A stretch of 64,000 nt of DNA, taken from positions 3,224,001 through 3,288,000 of the forward strand of contig OZ218951.1 in assembly GCA_965112735.1 (NCBI GenBank). The letters run 5' to 3'. The position numbers and the translations under genes are program-made. The notes beneath the pieces are model-generated. The model had not been told where the DNA came from. It saw only the letters and a list, made by a program, of their open reading frames with translations, and did not search any database. This document shows, one piece after another, positions 12,612 to 24,452 of the stretch. Position 1 is the first letter of the stretch. Each line of letters begins with the position of its first letter. The stretch comes from Phaeosaccion multiseriatum. Lineage: Eukaryota; Protista; Ochrophyta, other classes.

Positions 12612-13899
12612 TGCGAGCGAGCTACGTTGGCCTGTCGAACCCGAGTCGGCTCCTTTCCTTGCGCCTTTAAACGCGTAGAACCTCGCTTCCGGACCCTCTG
12701 TCCTTGGAGGGACACTCTTTCTTGCTCTTTCAGCGAACAACCAGACGAAGAGGAGGGGCACCGGTTGAAGGGGAAGAAGGGTCGATTGAAGAAGTTTCAG
12801 TTTATATGTTTACATGACCTTGCCAATGTCGAATACCATAAATGGAGTCGATTTGTGGCGCCCCAATTCGGCTTCTATTTTGTTTCTCGATGAGATTTCC
12901 CTTCCCCTTTTGAATACCCCTTGCTATACAATGTAGTGAGGGAGAGAAACTCCATTGACGCTGCGAAATTTCTATATACCATCTTCCCTTGCATTATATT
13001 TATTTGGTTTTGTTTTGTCTTAGGGCAGGGCTACAGGCCCGCTTGTTACACACGAACGAACGCCCCTCCCTCTCTAACGACGTACAATATACTTTAGATC
13101 GATTGAATTTTTAATTAAAAAAAGAACGTCCCCTGGCCTGGAGCGCTTGGTGCAAAATATATCAAGCACACAACCAGAAGAAGAAAAATCAGCGAAACAA
13201 CGACAGCTGCCCGCTCTTGACGCCTGACAGCCACACACCCACTCCCCGCCACACTCCCCGCCACACTTCCCCTCCCACCCCCCTCTCCCTCTCCCTCTCG
13301 GGTGTGCTCGCGCTGTCGTGGCCGTGCTTGTGCTTGCCTCGACTTGGCTTGTGCTGCCTTCTCTCGAGAGGCAGGGCAGGGAGGCATTTCAAGTGGAGGA
13401 TGAGGATGATGAGGAGGAGGAGGAGCAAGAGGAAGAGGAAGAGGAAGTCGCTTGGGGTGGACTCGCTCGCTCCTCAGTCAGGTACAGCTTTGGTGGTCCG
13501 TCTGAGGCGAAGAACGAAGGAGAGGACAGGCAAGAAAAGAGATGATGCAGAGAGCATGTTAGAGAGGTAGGTACTCACCATGTGGAACTGTACTGACCTC
13601 ACCCAGGGGAGAGGGGAGGAAGGGAAAGGCCGGTGAGCAGAGCAAGAGCCACGCAAACGAAAGGAAACTTGGGGGGGTGAAAGGGAGCCTCGAAAGAGAG
13701 AACACAAACAATCCAAGACACATTTCCGTTCAGTTTCAGCTATTAGCCCTTGTCGTCCCCCTGGGGGCAAGCGCACGGTGGCGGGCAGTTTGGAGACCAA
13801 GGTGGATACAACTAGCTCAGGCAAATACATGTAACGTAAAGAGCCATCCAATGCCATCCAGTCCAGGTCGTTCGTTGACTTATGATGATGATGACTTAC

Positions 13900-16865
13900 T
13901 TAGGCCTGGGCGTCAGACCTCTTGGCCAGCACGGAGAGGAAGCAGTTGTAGAACACTTGCACGGTGTTGATGTACAGCAGGCGCTGGCTGTAGGTAGGTA
14001 GGTGTATGTGGGGCAGCAAGGACACACCAAGAGGGGAAGGGGGCGCGACAAAGGTCAGGTGCGATAGTGGATGGGGCAGATGATGGCAGCGGATGGCAGC
14101 TTTGGGGTAGTTGCACTTGGGGGGCGGGCATGTATGTATGTAGAGGCAAAAAGTAAGTCTCAACAGCAACGCAGCCAACACAAAGCATCCATGGTTCGCT
14201 TCTTCTATGTGTGGGAGCAAGAGTGGATCCCGAGTAAAGAAAGCCCTCTCTTTCTCTCTCTCGCGCGCGCCCGTCTCTCTCTCCATTCCATTTTCCTCTC
14301 TGCCAATTCCTCCTCGGCACTTGGGTAGATGACCAACTGACTGTCTGACTGACTCACTGACTGACACCAAGTACTGACCGACTGACCGACTGACTGACCT
14401 GGTGGGGATGCAGCGGAAGTTGATGGCGTGGGCCACAGGCCACACAGTCCAGCTGCCCTTCACCTGATGATGATGATGATGATGATGATGAGTCAGCAAA
14501 GAGAAGAAAGAAGAGCAGGAGTGAGTGATGAATTCATTCGGGCGTACAAGCGTAGGTGGGTGCGCGACAGGGGGGGGGGGGGGGAGCAAAAGGGCAAGGC
14601 GACCCGACCACAAGTGGGGGGGGGGGGGGAAACCGCTCCGGCCAGACAAAAACTCGGGGTGCTAATGGTACTGACAGCCCTGTGCAACGGCATCATGTGC
14701 GTCACTAGGTCTCAACCACCAACCACCCCTCAGACGCGAAAGACAAAAGAAACACGCACACACGTATGATGTACGTACCGCGGGGATGAGGTTCTTCTCG
14801 ATACGGTTCTTGATGACCTGGGGGCTGTCTCCGGCGCACGCTCCCATGTAACCGAAGAACATGCAGCCTAAAAGAGAACAAAGGGCAGGGGAGGGGAGGG
14901 AAGGGAAGCGGTCAGGCTCGGCTCGGGGCGGTTTGGGTGGGTCGGTCGTGGTTGTGCCTGTGAACCGTGACAACCCCAATACAAAAGAACACCACGCCAC
15001 CACACACACACACACACACACGCGCGCGCGCGCGTACACGCACACGCGCAACATGCACACACCCACAGCACAGACAGACCCTTACCGAAGATGGGGTTCC
15101 AGAGCAGCTGGTCAATGGCCACCTTGGTGGCAACGGTCACAGCGGCCGTGCCGGGGATCTTGGCATCGAGGAAGTTGTAGAAGAAGTGGCCGGTAGGGCC
15201 GTGGATGAGGAAGCCGAACATGGCAAGGCGGATCAGGCGCTTCATGTCCTGAGCTCGCAAAACGGGGTGGGTGGGGGGGGGGGGATTCTTGCGTGGTTAG
15301 TGGGGAAAGAGACGGCGTAGGGACAGAGCAAGAACACACAACAGCCACACACTCCGTTTGAGACAAATGGCCCCTCTATTCACATCTATATATCTATTCA
15401 CGTCGCCCTTCTTTGAGCGAGCGCCCCCCACCCGCCGCACTCAGCAGGCAGGATGAGCAAGGGCTCACTCACTCAAATACACACGTCTGCCCAAAATTGA
15501 ACGGAAGTGCCCTCCCTGAGACTGCCCCCATCTGTGAGCTGCGACTTACCAACACATCAAGTTTGTCGATGGCCTTCTGGGCGAGAAGGTCTCCGAGGGC
15601 AAAGCCCACAAGGGAGGTGAGTGCCTGTTGGTGAGGTGGTGACACAGAGAGCAGCAGTAGTAGCAGCAGTAAGCACCGTTAACGATGATGATGAGGGTAA
15701 CAGCAACCAGGAAAAAATGGTAAAAGTCCTCCATTCTACTCTAGTGCTCCACACGAGCAAGTAATCACGTCCCTCACGCCCTCCCTCACTCATTCATTCA
15801 TTCACGCACACACACAGACTCACACACGCACGCACGCACCTTAGTGACGATAGGGTGGGAGTCGAGGGCGGCATTGTATGCCTTCCACAGGCCCACCAGA
15901 GGGTTGCTGCTGTCCTCCTCCTCCGCGTCGGCGGCGAACAGCACGGTGGGGGGGATGTTGCCTCCGTCGTTGCCGTCTCCTCCGTCGTTGCCGTCAAGGC
16001 TTCCACTAGAATGGGCACGAATCAAGCAATCGAATCCGTCCAGCAACACCGGAGCCGCACCAAGTAGCGAGAGAGAGAGAGAGAGAGCGCAGCCGGGGAA
16101 AGAGGTAGAGGCAAGTGGGTCAGCGCCTTCAGACCTTTGCAAGCGCAATCTTGCTGGTACCCATCACCAGGAAGGGCTCTTGGCCGGTCCGATACACACT
16201 ACGAGAAAGAACAATGGGGCGCGCAGGTGACCTCTGGACCGTGCTACGCTGCGCTCCATACGCCAGAATTCAGAGACGCAAAGACAGGATGGCGTGACAG
16301 CAGCGGGCGCTGAGCCGCCGCAGTGGGGAAGCCCTTGCTGCCTTACTCATGCGCATACAAGAGCGAATCCAAACTGCTATCTTCCCACCCGAGATTTGTG
16401 CCCATTTGCACTCCACCCGGTGTTGCAAGCACCGGTGCACTCGAAAGCACTCCTATGCGAGCCCTGACTGTGCAGCAAACGCCGCCCTGCGCGCCGCTTG
16501 GCTCTGCATCCTGGATCGCTCTGTTTCGTCTCGGGGTTGCTACTGTTTTTTTTTCATTTTTCTCCACATTCTCATTCTCTCCCCCTTGCAGACACGACTC
16601 ACCCGTTCTTGCCCTTGGACCTAGGGAACAGGTTGCGGATGTTGCGGTTGATGCCCCCCGATCGCCCCCCCCATCCTCCCTTTCCTCCCCCTCCCAGCAC
16701 CATCTTCATGGAGGTTGACTTGGAGGAAGGAGCCGTTTGAGAGACATATCGCGCGCCGAACGCGCCCGTGCTCGAGGTGTGCACGGGCATGGGCACGAAT
16801 GCCGCCGCAGAGTCAAGGCATGTTGCTGCTGCAGTTATGCAAACGATGGTGGTGGCGCTCTTCAT
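13900..16865 (-). CDS. Mpv17/PMP22 family membrane protein with bipartite (signal + transit) presequence, 7 exons
   Basis: N-terminus MKSATTIVCITAAATCLDSAAA-FVPMPV. Family motifs LWKAYNAALDSHPIVTKALTSLVGFALGDLLAQ, TKVAIDQLLWNPIF, SWTVWPVAHAINFRCIP, RLLYINTVQVFYNCFLS. Approximate exons: 16865-16603, 16006-15840, 15624-15550, 15247-15086, 14866-14779, 14463-14399, 13987-13900. Confidence 0.92.
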
Positions 16866-17150
16866 GGTTTTTATTAATGAGCAAATGGGGAATTTAGATT
16901 TTGCGTATGAGCATTGCAGTTTCAGTTTCCTTTCTTTGAACCTCCTTCAATTTTTCTAATAATTTTTCTTTCCCTTCTCGTGCGCTTCTTCTCTTCTAGA
17001 AAAATGCACAGCACACTTGTTTGTTTGCGTGTGTGTGTGCAATGCGGAGGGGAGTGGGGGGGGGGGGGGGCGAGGGGATTGGAGACAGGAAAAAGAAACA
17101 GTCAGGAATTGATTGGAGAGAGAGAGAGAGAAGAGAGAAACCATGCAATC

Positions 17151-17240
17151 CGGTAGAGCGGAATAGGAGTATAGAATCGGAATAGGAGCACAGAGTCGGA
17201 ATAGGAGTATAGAATCGGAATAGGAGTTGGAATAGGAGCA
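17151..17240. repeat. Short tandem repeat of CGGAATAGGAG(TATAGAAT) units
   Basis: Five copies of ggaataggag upstream of the Mpv17 gene. Confidence 0.8.
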
Positions 17241-17746
17241 CGGATTTGGCTTCATCCTGTGCCTCCCCGCCCCCCGCAGCCCCTCCCTCTTCCCTCTTCC
17301 GGTGCATTCGGTTGCCATCCGTCTGGTACCCATCCGCTGCCATACTTGATTCATATGCATGATTCATATTCAATGTACACCTCCTCCTCCTCCTCCTCCT
17401 CCGTCATTTTTACAATTATGTGACAGTATCATACACTGTTATGTACAAGCAAACCTTTTGCCGTCCGAGCTCCCCCCCGGCATGGTGGGGCAGGCGCAGG
17501 CGGGGCCAAAGGGCCCTCCTCCACGAAAGGGAGAAGGGCGTCCCGTGTCCAGTCGTCAGGCCTGCCAAAAGGAAGGCCTCCCTTCTGTCATTGGGTCTTC
17601 TCCCCTCTGCCGCTCCCTCTGCTTCTCCCTCTCCCTGTCCTTGTCCCGATATCCTGTCCCTCTCCTCCTCCATCTGCTGCTCCCTCTCCATCCGCTTCCC
17701 CTTCTCCATCTCTCTCTCCCTCTGCCGCTGCTCCCCTCATCTCCTC

Positions 17747-20087
17747 CTACTGGCTTTCCTCCCCCCTCTGCCGCTCCATCTCCCTCTGCTGTATCACCAA
17801 CTGCTGCTCTATGTGATGCCTCTCGAGTACGGCCTGGGGTTGCGGCAGGGGCCAGCGCTGGGCCCATCGCTCTCGTTCCTCCGTGAGCGAGGGGTTGCCC
17901 GTGAATGTGTACATCGTCACCTGGGCAGGGACACACGGCGGCCGGGGTGACGGGGGGGAGGGAGGGAGAGAGGGAGGGAGGGAGGGGAAGAAGGCAGCGC
18001 AACAGAACAGAAGGAATAGACATACATGTCGGTGAGGCGAGACTGGACAAGAGACGCTCTCTCGCTCTCTCGCTCTCTCTCCCTCTCTCTCTCGCTCTCT
18101 CTCCCTCTCTCTCCCTCTCTCTCCCTCTTCCTCTCTCTCTCGCTCTCTCTGTCTCTCCCTCTCTCTCTCGCTCTCTCTCCCTCTCTCTCCCTCTCTCTCC
18201 CTCTTCCTCTCTCTCTCGCTCTCTCTCGCTCTCTCTCCCTCTCTCTCCCTCTCTCTCCCTCTTCCTCTCTCTCTCGCTCTCTCTCGCTCTCTCTCCCTCT
18301 CTCTCCCCCACAGAGAGGCATCCCCCTCTCTTTCTCCCTCTCTCTCTCCCACATACACACGCTCACCTCTCCGGCGATGTAGTCGAAAGTCACGGTGCAG
18401 AGCGTGGCGGAACCGTCCGGCGGAGTCGCCGTCCTGAAGAGCGGATAGGCCTCGTCCTGCGTATCGCCCAGCGCATCCAACATGGCCTCCACAGAGCTCC
18501 CAAACGATGAGGACGACGAGGAGGAGAAAAGACCCTGCTGTACCACCAACTGCTGTAGCTGGAGCTCGTCGAGCCGCTTTTGGCGATGCACGGAGGACTC
18601 GTCCGTCCTCTGCGGTACCGTGAGGAGATGCTTAAGCATGTTGACGTGGTCGAGAGGGGCGCCGTCCTCCTGGACCGGGGTGACTTGCACAAGTGAGTTG
18701 GCGGCCTCCACATTGGCCATGGACACCTGGGGGCTCTCCAGGTAGCGAGGAGCAGTAGTAGTAGTAGTAGTAGCAGGAGGAGGAAGAGACATGGAGTCCC
18801 TCTCGCCCTCCACCTCCTTCTGGTGCTGGTGCTGCTGATACTGATGCTGTGTTTCATCCTCAAAGACGCTCCATCCGGCGAGGTTGGCGCTGTAGCCAAA
18901 GGCCACCGCGTGGGCGCGTGCGATGCCAATCACCCCCCGCACGCTGCTAGCGGTGAGGAAGTGGCGGGCAATGTAAGAGCGAGAGACCCCAGTCTCCTCG
19001 TAGGGGAGAGGAAACACCGCGTTGGAGGCCAGCGATAGGCCTGTATGCGTGAAGCCCCACGCTCGACCGGGCAAACAGCCGGGGTAGCAGTACGCGGTAA
19101 AGCCCTCGCCCTTGGGGTTCCCTCCTCCTCCGCCTCGCCGGCCTTCGGTCGATGTCGATGCCTCTTCCCCCTCCCCCTCCCCCTCCCCCTCCTCCTCATC
19201 ATCATTGGTGGTGATGGTCATGTGGACAATGTACGCGTAGCCCCGACTAAGCTCGTCATTGTCCTCGTTGTGAGCCATGGCCTTGTTGTCCCTTGTGTTG
19301 GCCATGAGGGTGGTGCAGTCGTCCACGTAGTGGCTCTTGGACGCGGCGCTCACCTCCACCTCCATGTTGAGGAAGTGCAGCAGGGTTGCGTCCACTGCGG
19401 CTCCGTCTGCCGTCCCTTGCACCTCCTCCATGTACTGCGGGAACGCGGAGGCCGTCTGCTGGAGGAGAGTGGCGAACATCTGCGGTGGTTGGGGGAGGGG
19501 GGAGAAGGGTGAGGAGGCGAGGCGGCGAGGCGAAAACAAACCCGGTTTCGTCGTTTCATCCAAGTAGTAATGCGCTCGCTCCATTCATTCATTCATTACC
19601 TGCTTGCCGAAGGGGTCCTCTCTGATGAAGTGGAGGTGGTCCTGGGTGGACTGCTGCTCCAGCTTGAGAGCCAGGTACTCGTTCAGCCGGCCCTTCACGG
19701 CACTGCCCAGCTGAAGACCGGCGTCGTAGTGAGTGGCGGCCACCACCGTCACTGTAAGGCAGTACAAAAGGCGAGAGAGACAGAGACGAGACGAAGGGGG
19801 ACAGCGGGGCAGCGACAAGTTCAGCGGCGCTCTTCTATGAGAGAGGACATGGGGTGCTCACGCGGAAGCAGGTAGGCACATGAGAGCATCTCACCTTCTG
19901 GCAACGCGTACGAGAAGTAGGTACCCGTCGGTGGGGCATGCTGTTGCGGGGAGGCAGCGGCAGCCGGAGCCGCCAGCACGCCGCCGAGGCTGAGCAGCAG
20001 CGAGCACATGGTGGCCGCTGCTGCCGACCTGATCCACCCCCGCCTGAGCACTTCATTTGCCGCGGCGCGAGGGCGAGCGGCAAGCAT
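17747..20087 (-). CDS. Peptidase C45 / acyl-CoA:6-APA acyltransferase-like (Tan-like) Ntn hydrolase, secreted-type N-terminus, 4 exons
   Basis: YMEEVQGTADGA, nucleophile context VDDCTT, AHNED, YPGCLPGRAWGFT, SSVHRQKR, TLCTVTFD, YTFTGNP. Approximate exons: 20087 (or 20009)-19895, 19751-19600, 19479-18368, 17920-17747. Hydrophobic signal MCSLLLSLGGVLAAPAAA. Confidence 0.85.
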
Positions 20088-20250
20088 CGTCTCACAAAGA
20101 AAGGTTTTTTGCAAACCAAAAAGTACTTTACACGAGCGTCAATCGTCAAGTTGAGGGGACAAAGATGGCAGCCAACGACGCGAGCTGCCCCCGTACTTGA
20201 CAACAACAACAACAACAACCCGCCCTCTACAGACCGAGAGCACGAATATC

Positions 20251-23045
20251 ATGAGGACGGTGGCGACTGTAGCTTGCATGGCGCTCTTGGGAGGAGCTTC
20301 CTCCTGCTTGGGCCACAAACCCTACATGAACGAAATCGTCAGGCCTGCCGGTTATGAGGTGAGACAGCAACACCTCAGACGGGGAGAGAGAGGGGTGCTG
20401 TGCTGCTTGCTTCTCTTGGCTGTTGCTAACGGGGGGCTGGAAGCCGTCTGGGCTATTGGGGGATGCGCATTGAGGAGTGGGTTTTTTTCTTGCTCTTCTC
20501 CCGCCCCCTTCGCCCCGCTCCTCGTTCCCTCTTTCTTTCTTTCTCTCCCCCCCTCTTTGCTTCACCTGCTCACTCCTTCCCCTCCCCCTTACTTGCTTCA
20601 CCTGCTCACACACGCGCAGCACCTCGAGCGGGTCCACACCCCACTCACCAGCTCTTACGTCGACACCGAGGAGCTGCCGAAGGAGTTCAGCTGGACAGAC
20701 ATGTTCGGCAAATCATTGGTCACTCGGAATCTCAACCAACACATTCCCCAGTATTGCGGAAGCTGCTGGGCCCATGGGGCGCTCAGTGCTCTCGCCGATC
20801 GCATCAAGATCCTCCGAGAAGGGGAGGGCTTCGACGTCAACCTCAGTGTGCAGGTAGGTGGGAGAGGGAGGACACGGGCGGGCTGCTGCTACTACTGCTT
20901 CTGCTACTGCTGATTCTTGCGCCTCCTGCCTCTCGGTCTCCTCTCTGCTTATTATCCCTCCTCCCTCCCTCCGTCCCCCCCTCTCTCCCTCCCTCCCTCC
21001 CTCCTCGCTCCTCACTCCCTCAGGTGATTCTGAACTGTGCCCCTTCTGCGGGCACGTGTCACGGAGGCTTCCACTCCGCCGTGTACGAGTGGGGCTATGA
21101 AAACGTACGTGAGGGACGTGGTGTGGTGCGGGGGAGGGAGGTTGGGGGTGAGCCATTCAATATTATGCCTTTTTGAGATGAGTGGGGGTGAGCAACTCAA
21201 TATTATGCCCTTTTGATGAGTGGGGGTGAACCATTTAAATGATACCCTTTTGGTTAGTGGCGGCGGTATGCAATAGGGACGGGTCGAGAGAGGACACGCA
21301 CCAGTCCAGAAGGCATATAGAGATCGATATCCAGTGTCGACATCGATTTATCTCAACATTTCCTTCCTAACTCCTTACCGCCTGGCCTTTTTGTTCAACA
21401 ACTATTTGAACTAGTGTATTAGTAACGTCCTTAATTCCTCTGGCCCCTCCCTCCCCTACCCCACATGGTCCCCTCAGCCGCTGCCCTTCGACACGTGTCA
21501 ACTCTACGAGGCCATTGACGATGTGTGTACGCCCATCAACACGTGCAAGACCTGCATGGGCTTTTCAGAGGAGTGCGAGGCGGTTACAGAATACCCCAAC
21601 GCTACGGTCGCGGAGTATGGCAATGTCTCTGGAGAGGAGGATATGATGGCTGAGGTGAGAGGGAGAGGGGAGGGACAGACGGAGGGAGGGCGGGAGGCAG
21701 GGAAGGGGGAGGAAGGGAGAGAGAAAGAGGGAGGGAGAGGAAGGGAGGGAGGGAAGAGGGAGGGACGGACAGACGGAGGGAGTGAGGGAGGGAGAGAGGG
21801 ACGGAGGAGGAAGGGGCAGGGAGGGAGAGAGGGAGGGAGGAAAGGGGGGGGGCATCCACACATTCCTCGGGGCTATCAATGCACCAATCAAGCACGCATG
21901 CCTCTCTCTCAATCACCACCCCCACCCCTCCTCCTCCTCCTCCTCCTCCTCCCCCTCCTCCTCCCACTCCTCCTGCTCCTCCTCCATCCTCCTCCTCCTC
22001 CTCCTCCATCCTCCTCCTCCTCCTCCTCCCCCTCCTCCTCCCACTCCACCTCCTCCCACTCCTCCTCCTGCTGCTCCTCCTCCTCCTCATCATCCTCCTC
22101 CTCCTCCTCATCCATCAATCCTCCTCCTCCTCCTCCTCCTCCTCCTCCTCCAGATATTCGCACGTGGCCCTATCGCTTGTGAGATCAATGCCGAGCCCAT
22201 CCACGAGTACACAGGAGGGGTGGTGGATCTGCCCGACGACAAGGGGGAGACAGATCACATCATCTCGGTGGCGGGGTGGGGTGAGACGGAGGACGGGGTC
22301 AAGTTTTGGGTAGTGCGCAACAGCTGGGGAGAGGTGAGTGAGTGAGCGAGCTTGGGGGGGGGGGGTGAGTGGGTTGGACTTTGGACGTGGTTGGCTGCTG
22401 CTGCTGCTGCTGCTGCTGCTGTATCACCAACTTGTGCTTGTTGCTGCTCTGCTCCCACTCCCTCCCTCCCTCCCTCCCTCAGTATTGGGGCGAGGCTGGA
22501 TGGTTCCGGATTGTGCGAGGTGAGAATCAACTCAATATTGAGAGCGCCTGTGCCTGGGCCGTGCCGGGCTCCTGGACTGACAACGAGGTACGAGTACACT
22601 GACTTAGTAGACTTATCTCTCTCTCTGGCTCTCTCTCTCCCTAGATCTCTGTCTGTCTCTCTCTCTGGCTCTCTCTCTCTAGATCTCTCTCTGGCTCGCT
22701 CTCTCTCGCTCTCTCCCTCCGAAGCCCGCATGGGAGTGAACTGACTGTAAATGCTGTTGCTCTTTCTCTCTCTCTCTCCCACACCCCCATGGCGACGGGC
22801 CTATGCTGCCGACCGACTCGCTCTTTCCGTTACTTTCAAAGCATTAAAAGCCCCACCCCCCCCCCGCCCCCCCCTGACCTGACCATCCACAGGTGTACAT
22901 TGGCGGCAAGGTGGCGAAGAACCAACACGCCCACACGCTCGGGGAGGGAGAGCACCGTGCCATGCTCAACTTGGGTCAGGACTACTTGGATGCACACGCT
23001 GCCGCCACTGCCGCTGTCGCTCCTTCTCTGGTGCAGCAGGCGTAG
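20251..23045 (+). CDS. CTSZ: Cathepsin Z/X (papain family C1A cysteine carboxypeptidase), 7 exons
   Basis: Signal peptide; NQHIPQYCGSCWAHGALSALADRIKI, including the HIP mini-loop diagnostic of cathepsin Z; DHIISVAGWG; VRNSWGEYWGEAGWFRI. Approximate exons: 20251-20358, 20620-20853, 21024-21105, 21478-21654, 22154-22333, 22483-22587, 22893-23045. Confidence 0.95.
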
Positions 23046-23969
23046 GTGGGTGGAATTGTGGGAAGATAGACAAGACAGAGTTGTGGACAGAGCCCCTGTG
23101 TAGACAGAGCTGTACACATAGTTGTAGACAGGCTTTCCGGGCCGGATCCATTCGGGGTTGACTCTTATCTATCCATGTATATAAGTGTGGCAGCACCGGC
23201 TTTGATTGACTCTTATGTATAAAAGTGTAGCAACACACACACTCACACACACACACACACAAAACAAATCAAAGTACATACGAGGGTATCACGGGACATG
23301 CGCAGTCATCCACACAAAAGGCTTTCTGCCTACAAAAGACTTTTTGCCTTCTTCGCCAATGGTGGGGAAGGGGGGTCCATGATATCACCCCCCCCCCCTC
23401 CTCCTTTTCTCTTTCTCTATCTCTCTTCTTTTATTACATGGTGCGTTGTTATAATCTGTATCCGCGGAAGGCGCGGAGTCTTAATTACTACTAAGTTCTT
23501 ACTCTTGATACAACAACTGATTCCTCCAATTGCACTCAGCCATTGGTTCTGCCTCAGTTGGCCGGGTCGGTCCGGGGAATGGAATGATCGGTTTGGCGGG
23601 CGGGGGGGGGGGGGGAGGTAGGGGCCGAACAACATCGCAGCCCTTCCCATCACTCGCTCGCAGTAGGGAGGCTAGATAGGCGGTCCTGTCTGGAGTGGTT
23701 AGGGGTGTCAAGGGGAATGCCCATCCACCCCAGCGTTCTACACGCCCCCCAACCTCGTCTGCCGGTGTGCCCTCTTTTCTTGTCTCCAAGTCAAGTGCAC
23801 GCACGCACGCACGCACGCACCGCCCACCTCCCTCCCAGTCACCCCAACCTTCAGGACCCCGACGACTCCTCTCCTCTCCTCTCCTCTCCTCTCCTCTCCT
23901 CTCTTCTCTCGTTTTTTTCTCCCCTCCTCCGAAAGCTCGAAATATCCTCCATACAATAACAAGCCTCTC

Positions 23970-24004
<35 letters not shown>

Positions 24005-24452
24005 GACCGGTACAGAGCAATAAATACGTGGAGGTGCCACAGTGAGCGGATGCAGTATTGTGCCTCCTCCTCCTCCTCTTGCTCCTCCTCCTCCTCCTCC
24101 TACTACTACTACTCCTCCTCCTCCTCTTGCTCCTCTTGCTCCTCTTGCTCCTCTTGCTCCTCCTCCTCCTCCTCCTCTTGCTCCTCCTCCTCCTCCGCCC
24201 CCCCCCCCCTCCTTCTTTCACAGCCAAATCCATTGACCACGGGGGTCGCAGCAGCAGACGGACGTGGTGGGTGACCACACCCGTCGCCAGTGCTTGAGCA
24301 GCAGCAAGCAGCACCACTTCAATGCCCGACTTCGATCCCATCCCTACCTCACCGCTCACTCGCGCACTTATACCCTCCTCTCCTCACCCCCTCACCAACA
24401 GTAGTCATTGTCCTGACACCACCCACTGTCCATGTGTCCTGACACCACCCAC

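Noticed and set aside
17747-20087. Penicillin biosynthesis gene (IAT)
   Set aside because: The C45 family is widespread, there is no ACV synthetase or IPNS nearby, and the protein has a signal peptide.
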